Below, piece after piece: positions 7,360 to 12,817 of a stretch of 12,817 bases of DNA (position 1 is the first letter of the stretch; each line of letters starts with the position of its first letter). The translations under genes and the position numbers were made by a program. The stretch is from a virus: UHGV virus genome UHGV-0147886; one strand, written 5' to 3'. The notes beneath the pieces are model-generated. The model worked only from the letters and a program-made list of their open reading frames with translations, ran no database searches and was not told the DNA's origin.

Positions 7360-7782
7360 CTAAAAGGGTATGTTATCCCCGTATGGATCATCATTCCCCG
7401 CCTGTTGCTTAGCCCTATTTAGAGCGTCAGTAGCCTGACCCTGCTGGCCTTTTTTGCCACCAGGTCGCGCCGTTCTGGCACTGATTACGCTGTCTGCGAT
7501 AACCTGCCAGCCCTGCCGCGTTTCCCCGTTCTGGCCTGTCCACTGGCTTACCTGCATGTTACCCGCCACGCTCACCAGCTCGCCTTTGTGGTGTTTTGCC
7601 AGTGCGTCGGCCTGTCTGCCAAACGCCAGGACGGATAACCACATCGTCGCCTGTCCGTCATCTGCCTGATTGCACGGCAGGTGGACCGCCATGCTTGCCA
7701 TAGCCATTTGTGTGCCCTTGCTGGTGGTCTTTAACTGCGGGTCAGCCACCAGCCGCCCGTAAGCTGCTATCTGTGCTGTCAT
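7360..7782 (-). CDS. ssb: Single-stranded DNA-binding protein (SSB)
   Basis: 140 aa. OB-fold SSB pattern (...WLSVLAFGRQADALAKHHKGELVSVAGNMQVSQWTGQNGETRQGWQVIADSV...) and an acidic C-terminal tail ending DDPYGDNIPF, like the conserved bacterial SSB tip ending DIPF. Confidence 0.8.
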   Translation of the reverse strand: MTAQIAAYGRLVADPQLKTTSKGTQMAMASMAVHLPCNQADDGQATMWLSVLAFGRQADALAKHHKGELVSVAGNMQVSQWTGQNGETRQGWQVIADSVISARTARPGGKKGQQGQATDALNRAKQQAGNDDPYGDNIPF

Positions 7783-7845
7783 GCTGTCTGTTCTCCGGTT
7801 TTAACGTTGATAGTTACGCTTGTTTACACCCTTACGGTGAAATTC

Positions 7846-7970
7846 TGCGGGTTATAATCGCACTTTTGCGGGTTATAACTGCCGTTTTGCGGGTTACGTG
7901 CGGGTTATTGATTTCCTTTTTATTCATACAGTTAATTCACTTATACACAGGATAACCCGCATAACCCGCA
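7846..7970. repeat. Iteron cluster 2 (putative origin-like region), immediately 3' of the replication protein gene
   Basis: Four direct TGCGGGTTA(T/C) units at 7846-7855, 7867-7876, 7888-7897 and 7899-7908 (21-, 21-, 11-bp phasing). AT-rich spacer 7909-7951. Two inverted ATAACCCGCA units at 7952-7961 and 7961-7970. Confidence 0.65.
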
Positions 7971-7993
7971 ACTTTTCACCTCACACAGGGGGG

Positions 7994-10117
7994 TTAATCG
8001 TCTGCCTCAGGCTGGAACATCATCACGTAAAAAACATGCTGCTTACCCCCAATTTTGCCGAGCGCCTTTTTCTTGTAACGGCGATCGTTACCCGCTTCCA
8101 GCATTCCGGCAGCACTCAACGCGCGGGCAAAGTGAGACGGATTAAATCCCTGTGCTATCTCACCCTCAAACACATGAGGAAACGTGTAAAAACGGAACTC
8201 ATCATCTTCATTTCTGATACTCCCCTTTCTGTATCCGGCAAGGTCTTTAATCGGTAAATCACGCTCATCACTGTTTGGGTAAGGAAGGTATCGACTGAAC
8301 CCGAACGACGACAAAAACGCCTCAGCCTGTTCAACCATCTGTTTAAATTCCCTGTTACCCGTGCCGAACTCCTTCACCCAGGCATTAAAGTTATGCTGTA
8401 TTGCGTCCCGGCATTCCTGCGCGGCCCAGCCAGTTACATGACCGGAAAGCACAAGCGCAGCCTCCAGTATGGCGAAACGTTCCCCCACGCGGTGGACCTG
8501 CTCGCCGTAGCTCTCCGGTATCAGGTTGTGCCACCGTTCGCGGCATTCCCTTACCGTGTCCTTTGCCTCCTGCTGGTGGTCTGCCAGCCATTTAACCCAC
8601 TCACGACCCGCCGCCCCGTGATTTGCAGTCCAGGCATCCTTTAACGCGTCTGCGTGCGCCTTTCCGGTGCTGTATTCGTGAAATTGCGTGGCTTTCTCCA
8701 TCGGTACGTTAAGCAGACGGACAAGCTGGCCTGCTTTGACTTTTACCCCCTCACTTTTGAGGAATGTCTCAACATCCATTTCTCCGGTGCTGATTGCCAC
8801 CGTGCGCCAGTGTTTGATCTCCCTGTTGCCGCCGTCCTTCGCCCCCTGTAATTTCCCCGAACCGTTAAACAGCGTATAGGCTGACGTGGACACTTCCCGC
8901 GCGTTTCCGGCCTGGCCTATTTCATCCAGGGGTAACAGCCCGTCGTTGTGTGCTTCGGCCTCGTTGGCGATACCTAACGCCGTTCCGTACCAGGTCAGCC
9001 GTTGCGCGTCCGGCTCTCCCCATAAACTTGAAGCGATGTTCTGCGTGGTGGTTTTCCCTGCCGATGACTGTTCGAAAAGATGTACCCCGAAGCCGTCAGC
9101 ACCAACAAGGCCAATCAAAGGTGCTGCCAGTGACGTGGCAACACCCAGCATCATGGACGGATTGCCACCAGCCAGCCGCGCCACGCTGTCGCGCCAGCCC
9201 TCCGCCGTACCCGCAACCGAATAGCCATTAACAGCGGCACTTTTTCCGGTAAACAGGATCGGTTTTTCAGAATCACCAATGATTGAACCGTCCGGCATGA
9301 TGTACGCGCCAAAATGCCAGCCCGTTGTTGTGCTTAACTGCCATTCCTCATGGCTTCCGCTTAACTGCATCCAGTCAGCCAGGATAGCCCTGTATTTGCC
9401 ATTTGTTGTCACATTCAGCCCGTGATCTTTAAGCAACCGCCAGCCGTCACGGTCGCCAATGCCACCACACGGGATCGCCATTGTGATGACTTCATGGTTT
9501 GCTAATTTTTTCCAGCGCATCACGCGGTAATGCTCTTTACCGATCGTCCCCGTTCCCAGTAGTTCAAGCGGAGAACATAACCACGTCTCAGGCCGGATAA
9601 TTTCGCCTGACTGCTTATCCACTTTGGGCGTTACCCAGAAAACACCATCGACGCGACTTTCAACGCGGGGCTTTAATTCATCATCCTGATAGCATGGCTC
9701 TTTTTTCTTTACAGGCAGTTCAACTACCTTTTTCTTTTCCGCCTGCTCTGCCCGTTCACGTTCCAGATATTCGCGCCAGTTCTCCCGTTTCTGGCTGTGC
9801 ATTCCTTCAGGATAATAATCAGCATCCCTGACACCTGCCGCTGCCAGTTTCTGCCCGATGGTATTAACAAGCCCCGGACGCAATAACCCCGCCTGATAGA
9901 GACGCACGCGATAGCGTCCGTCCGGTACGATTTGCAGGTTGTCCAGTTCGGCAAGTTGTTGCTCTCCAAGCCAGACAGGAGGCACGTTATCGCCAGCCAG
10001 TCGCCCGTCCTGTTCCTGCCACTGCTTCGCATGTGCCCACGCATCACTACCCGCAAAAATGATGACTTCCGTCATTTTGTCACGCGGCTGGTGTTTTAAA
10101 TTTGGCGCTTTTTTCAT
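7994..10117 (-). CDS. Replication initiator, P-loop NTPase of the primase-helicase type (SF3/DUF927-like)
   Basis: About 707 aa from ATG 10117-10115 (RBS GGAGAG; ATGA overlap with the upstream ORF; alternative GTG at 10132). Central Walker A ...EQSSAGKTTT... and Walker B ...LLPLDEIG.... Followed directly by the iteron cluster. A primase function for the N-terminal domain is inferred from context only. Confidence 0.75.
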   Translation of the reverse strand: MKKAPNLKHQPRDKMTEVIIFAGSDAWAHAKQWQEQDGRLAGDNVPPVWLGEQQLAELDNLQIVPDGRYRVRLYQAGLLRPGLVNTIGQKLAAAGVRDADYYPEGMHSQKRENWREYLERERAEQAEKKKVVELPVKKKEPCYQDDELKPRVESRVDGVFWVTPKVDKQSGEIIRPETWLCSPLELLGTGTIGKEHYRVMRWKKLANHEVITMAIPCGGIGDRDGWRLLKDHGLNVTTNGKYRAILADWMQLSGSHEEWQLSTTTGWHFGAYIMPDGSIIGDSEKPILFTGKSAAVNGYSVAGTAEGWRDSVARLAGGNPSMMLGVATSLAAPLIGLVGADGFGVHLFEQSSAGKTTTQNIASSLWGEPDAQRLTWYGTALGIANEAEAHNDGLLPLDEIGQAGNAREVSTSAYTLFNGSGKLQGAKDGGNREIKHWRTVAISTGEMDVETFLKSEGVKVKAGQLVRLLNVPMEKATQFHEYSTGKAHADALKDAWTANHGAAGREWVKWLADHQQEAKDTVRECRERWHNLIPESYGEQVHRVGERFAILEAALVLSGHVTGWAAQECRDAIQHNFNAWVKEFGTGNREFKQMVEQAEAFLSSFGFSRYLPYPNSDERDLPIKDLAGYRKGSIRNEDDEFRFYTFPHVFEGEIAQGFNPSHFARALSAAGMLEAGNDRRYKKKALGKIGGKQHVFYVMMFQPEADD

Positions 10118-10413
10118 TTCTGCTCTCTCCACGCGGCAATCATGTTTTTCAGTTCCTGTAGTTTTTTATCCACATCCACACGTGACACATGGTTATTTCT
10201 GGAAAGCGGGATTTCCCGCCGGAATCTGCAAATAAAGATCTCCACGTTCAGCGAACTATGAAATGAATAGCCATCACGAATAAAATAAACACGGTCAAAC
10301 ATCAGTTCTTTTACCGTTACTCTGTTACCGTTCTTATCCAGATAAATAGCGCCGGGGATAATTTTGGGGTGTGCATAACCGCTGGCAGTCAAGCCAGATA
10401 AATATGTTCTCAT
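10114..10413 (-). CDS. Hypothetical 99-aa protein
   Basis: ATG 10413-10411. Stop overlaps the replication protein start (ATGA). Part of a tightly coupled operon. No recognisable motif. Confidence 0.55.
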   Translation of the reverse strand: MRTYLSGLTASGYAHPKIIPGAIYLDKNGNRVTVKELMFDRVYFIRDGYSFHSSLNVEIFICRFRREIPLSRNNHVSRVDVDKKLQELKNMIAAWREQK

Positions 10414-10419
10414 GATTAT

Positions 10420-10740
10420 TTATCCCCGATTTGAATCAGTATTCGCTTTCTTTATGGCATTTAATGCATCTGCGGCATTTTCAATGGTGCACCGTAACGA
10501 AATATCAAACTGCCCAAGCATTGCCAGTAACAAACCGATATTACCCATATCAATGCGCATAGCCTTTTCGTCATATTCCTCATTTTCTGACGCATGCCAC
10601 ATCAGGCTACCAATTGACGCAACAGCCATTGATATATTGTCAGTAGCCCCATCCGCAGCGGAATAAACCTTTTTAGCAATATCATGCTCACAGTTAAAAT
10701 GCGGATTAATCAGGTACTGGTAATTTGACATATCAGGCAT
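10420..10740 (-). CDS. Hypothetical 106-aa protein
   Basis: ATG 10740-10738 with RBS AGGGGG. Overlaps the upstream ORF stop by 8 nt. No recognisable motif. Confidence 0.55.
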   Translation of the reverse strand: MPDMSNYQYLINPHFNCEHDIAKKVYSAADGATDNISMAVASIGSLMWHASENEEYDEKAMRIDMGNIGLLLAMLGQFDISLRCTIENAADALNAIKKANTDSNRG

Positions 10741-10936
10741 GGCACACCCCCTGACGAATACGGGCGGCGAATACCATCACGCAGCCAGCCGGGGATTGCT
10801 GGCGTGCTTCCTGTTCGCTGGTGGCCACGATGTGAATCACGCGCGGTTGTGCGGTGCTCAGGGCGATAAAACGCCAGATGTATTTATTCAGGTTGTGCGA
10901 GTCCCGCCCTTGCGGGTGTATGGTATGATTTCTCAT
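10733..10936 (-). CDS. Hypothetical 67-aa protein, first gene of the replication operon (possibly Icd-like; weak recollection only)
   Basis: ATG 10936-10934 with GAGG 5 nt upstream. The longer ORF to 11026 starts at TTG inside the promoter region. The motif ...WRFIALSTAQPRVIHIVATSEQEARQQ... resembles small Icd-like proteins that sit upstream of primases in enterobacterial islands. Not verified. Confidence 0.45.
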   Translation of the reverse strand: MRNHTIHPQGRDSHNLNKYIWRFIALSTAQPRVIHIVATSEQEARQQSPAGCVMVFAARIRQGVCHA

Positions 10937-11034
10937 AACTGCCTCGATACTCTCGTTATCGTTGGTGGTTAGACGCCCCGTATGTGTTTCCGGCACTGCG
11001 GGGCGTTGCTCTTTGTATTTCAACAATCCTTTCG

Positions 11035-11112
11035 GTGTGTTTCATGTTATGAGCGCATGAAACACACGTCAAGGCTTTTTGTATTTCTTTTTTTGTGTAT
11101 ACTGAAACACAC
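11035..11112. promoter_or_regulatory. Divergent control region: palindromic operator overlapping a sigma70-like promoter for the replication operon
   Basis: Perfect inverted repeat GTGTGTTTCATG (11035-11046), 9-nt spacer, CATGAAACACAC (11056-11067). A third half-site-like ACTGAAACACAC at 11101-11112. Minus-strand -35 TTGACG (11072-11067), 17-nt spacer, -10 TAACAT (11049-11044), so the palindrome covers the spacer and -10. A TATACT hexamer at 11098-11103 may serve the plus-strand gene. Confidence 0.55.
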
Positions 11113-11133
11113 CGATGATTAGGAGTTTCAGAA

Positions 11134-11439
11134 ATGGCAACGGCTAACAAAAACGCAAAATCACAACTGACAACTGTCAGAGTCCCACTAGATGTTATGC
11201 AAGGGATGGAATCCGTTAAGCTGGACGGCGAAAGCAATGCCGGATTTATCGTAACCGCCATGCGCGGAGAAATAGCCCGCCGCCAAGCAGAAGGCAGCGG
11301 AGAAAATCCCCTTGTGTCGTCACTGGATGCCCTGGCTAAGGTCGAACAAATCGGCATCAAAGCAGCGGAAGAAATCGGGCAGCTTGTCACCGTTGCACGC
11401 GAAGAACTCCAGCGTCGCAAGACCAAAGAACCAGAGTAA
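11134..11439 (+). CDS. Putative small DNA-binding regulator (possible ribbon-helix-helix), divergent from the replication operon
   Basis: 101 aa. ATG 11134 with RBS AGGAG 8 nt upstream. N-terminal strand-helix-helix-like segment (...QLTTVRVPLDVMQGMESVKL...GFIVTAMRGEIARRQ...). Regulator role inferred from position next to the operator. Confidence 0.6.
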   Translation: MATANKNAKSQLTTVRVPLDVMQGMESVKLDGESNAGFIVTAMRGEIARRQAEGSGENPLVSSLDALAKVEQIGIKAAEEIGQLVTVAREELQRRKTKEPE

Positions 11440-11496
11440 TCACCATCAGCGCCTTGGTGTAAGGTATTACGGCGCATTGCTATGCAGGACAACACA

Positions 11497-11670
11497 ATGA
11501 CCGATAAAGAATTGACCAAAACATTATCACCGGCACGGAAAAGACGGCGCAGAAAGATAGAGCATGAATCAGAAAGATTCGCGCCATGTGCTTTTGCTCT
11601 TGAGAAATTCCTTAAAGAGCACAGGAAAAAGCTCTCGTTGCAAACCTTGGAACGAACCGAATCTGACTGA
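11497..11670 (+). CDS. Hypothetical small basic protein (57 aa)
   Basis: ATG 11497 with AGGA 7 nt upstream (alternative ATG at 11482). Highly basic stretch ARKRRRRK. Followed by a strong terminator. Coding status uncertain. Confidence 0.35.
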   Translation: MTDKELTKTLSPARKRRRRKIEHESERFAPCAFALEKFLKEHRKKLSLQTLERTESD

Positions 11671-11734
11671 TCAAATTGCCCACCAGCCAGCAAATCGCTA
11701 TGATGTTCGAGCTTATGTTTAGTGTTTTCCCATT

Positions 11735-11763
11735 GGCGACCGCCCCCGGTCGCCTTTGTTTTA
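11735..11763 (+). terminator. Rho-independent terminator for the plus-strand unit
   Basis: GGCGACCG-CCCC-CGGTCGCC (8-bp stem, 4-nt loop, 11735-11754) followed by TTTGTTTTAT. On the minus strand the hairpin has no T tract after it. Confidence 0.7.
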
Positions 11764-12444
11764 TGCGCGATCATGTGCCGCCTCCCACTCATATTTATCG
11801 AAATCAATCTGCCCCATCGCATCTACCAGCCGTACCGCCGGACGCAGAACTTTGAGTTCCTTCTTGCGGATATTCATTCCATTACTGCCCTGTGAGCCAT
11901 GAAACTGCTTAGAATGCTTGTCCGCACGAGTCACGGCGTTTTGCGCATCAGTAACCGGCATGGCGATCAGTTCTTCGAGCGACGGCAGATCCACATGATG
12001 GAAAGTGACAAACTCCGGGCAACGGAAATAAGTTTTCACGAGCTGGCGCTGTACCTGCCAGGCCAAATCATCGTTAAACGGTTTGGTCAGCAGCAGATAG
12101 CCTGATTCCGTAATCAGTGTTACGCGGCCACGTATCGGACTGTTCATTTTTTTGCCAGGGCGTTTAATGCCCCTGTCTAAATATCCAGCCCCTCCCCATT
12201 CGACCTCTGACGCGCCGACAATAAAAAAGTCCTCACCATCAATGAAGCGAGTGCGATTACGCTGAAAAGTCTTTTTAGCCGTGTCTTTAGGTCGCTGGTG
12301 CGCGGTATCAATCATTGCGAACGTCACCACGCGTTGCCCGTGAAATTCGACGGCAGGAAGCTGTTTAAGCTGCACGCTAATATCGCTTTTACTGGCAACA
12401 GGGTGAGCGAATCCCTGCCCGTTAAGGGCATTAATATTTTTCAT
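11761..12444 (-). CDS. ORF6N-domain (KilA-N-like) phage regulatory protein
   Basis: 227 aa. N-terminal region ...GQRVVTFAMIDTAHQRPKDTAKKTFQRNRTRFIDGEDFF...LITESGYLLLTKPFNDDLAWQVQRQLVKTYF matches the ORF6N pattern (RG..VMLD.DLA..Y...TK.LN.AVKRN..RFPEDFMF...AFTE.GV.ML...). ATG 12444-12442. Confidence 0.65.
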   Translation of the reverse strand: MKNINALNGQGFAHPVASKSDISVQLKQLPAVEFHGQRVVTFAMIDTAHQRPKDTAKKTFQRNRTRFIDGEDFFIVGASEVEWGGAGYLDRGIKRPGKKMNSPIRGRVTLITESGYLLLTKPFNDDLAWQVQRQLVKTYFRCPEFVTFHHVDLPSLEELIAMPVTDAQNAVTRADKHSKQFHGSQGSNGMNIRKKELKVLRPAVRLVDAMGQIDFDKYEWEAAHDRA

Positions 12445-12464
12445 CTCTGATTACCTGTGGTTAA

Positions 12465-12749
12465 TTAAGCAGATTTGCGGCTGTACGGGTTATTGACGTT
12501 TTCCACGGCAGGCGGATTACGAACCCACCAGAGCACATCCGAAAGAAGCCAGGCACAGCTGTTGCGGCCAAAGTGACAGCGCGGCGGGAAGCGCCCCTGC
12601 TGTTCCATCTTCCAGCGGCTCGAACGAGAAAGACTGGTGATCTCGCTGCATTCATCTTCGCGGATTCGGCGATCGAACTTGAAGCCGTACTCCTCCAGAA
12701 TGGTGCGGCGTTGTTCAGGATTTGGCGGGGTAAAGGTGATAATTTGCAT
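12465..12749 (-). CDS. alpA: AlpA-family phage transcriptional regulator
   Basis: 94 aa from ATG 12749-12747 with RBS GGAGG. Motif ...ITSLSRSSRWKMEQQGRFPPRCHFGRNSCAWLLSDVLWWV... fits the AlpA helix-turn-helix pattern (S-R-[AS]-[ST]-x-[YW] ... FP ... G..S.AW...[DE]...W). The extension to 12809 is rejected. Confidence 0.75.
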   Translation of the reverse strand: MQIITFTPPNPEQRRTILEEYGFKFDRRIREDECSEITSLSRSSRWKMEQQGRFPPRCHFGRNSCAWLLSDVLWWVRNPPAVENVNNPYSRKSA

Positions 12750-12817
12750 GTTGCCTCCACTGTTTCTAAGTTTGTGGGGGCTATTGTTATCCTTGTGATT
12801 GGATGTCACACTAGACG

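Larger units (their letters stand above)
1..12817 (-). mobile_element. Partial phage-satellite-like element (capsid-forming, tail-less; cf-PICI-like architecture); ends and integrase not in window
   Basis: Gene content and order: AlpA regulator, replication protein plus iterons plus SSB, then a complete HK97-type head/packaging module (MCP, protease, portal, connector, HNH, TerS, TerL). No tail, lysis or integrase ORF among the ORFs in the track. Classification is inference from architecture. Confidence 0.55.

Noticed and set aside
171-7970. CRISPR array
   Set aside because: The repeat units are 8-10 bp with irregular phasing and inverted copies, and there is no repeat-spacer periodicity. 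These are iterons.
9724-10056. 110-aa minus-strand ORF nested inside the replication protein gene in another frame
   Set aside because: Fully embedded in a long, well-supported coding frame, with no independent translation signals.
11134-11670. Toxin-antitoxin pair (ribbon-helix-helix antitoxin plus small toxin)
   Set aside because: The downstream ORF is only 57 aa, highly basic and shows no RelE/ParE-like features. The gene order and sizes do not fit known RHH-toxin modules. Not supported.
10956-11822. 288-aa minus-strand ORF spanning the control region and the plus-strand regulator gene
   Set aside because: It runs antisense through a gene with a strong RBS and through the promoter/operator region. 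The composition is Ser/Arg-rich, typical of antisense frames, and there is no RBS. Treated as a spurious long ORF.
2796-12809. Longer ORF-track starts for terS (2936), connector (3913), portal (5123), the 67-aa ORF (11026) and alpA (12809)
   Set aside because: The extensions overlap upstream genes or intergenic structures, start at TTG or lack an RBS. Internal ATGs with good RBS and stop/start coupling were preferred.
1-12817. Integrase or recombinase gene
   Set aside because: No ORF in the window has integrase features. If the element is integrative, int must lie outside the window, most likely beyond 12817 upstream of alpA.

Overview
This window reads as a compact mobile element, not core chromosome, and almost all genes are on the minus strand. 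Reading in the direction of transcription (high to low coordinates): (1) an AlpA-family regulator and an ORF6N-domain protein (12749->11761); (2) a convergent plus-strand two-gene unit (11134-11670) ending in a strong intrinsic terminator; (3) a divergent control region where a palindrome with 12-bp arms overlaps a sigma70-like promoter (11035-11112); (4) a replication operon of three translationally coupled small ORFs, a ~700-aa P-loop NTPase replication protein, an iteron cluster, an SSB and an 82-aa ORF (10936->7094), closed by a terminator; (5) a tail-less HK97-type head and packaging operon in the order major capsid, prohead protease, portal, gp6-like connector, HNH endonuclease, TerS (P27 family), TerL, 96-aa ORF (6819->519); (6) a second iteron cluster bracketed by a perfect 40-bp direct repeat (1-40 and 435-474). 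No tail, lysis or integrase gene is in the window. The best interpretation is a capsid-forming phage satellite (cf-PICI-like) with a P4-like two-site iteron replication system and its own SSB. That is an inference from gene content and order: all protein calls rest on motifs read by eye from the ORF track, no database search was run, and the element ends and any integrase lie outside the window.
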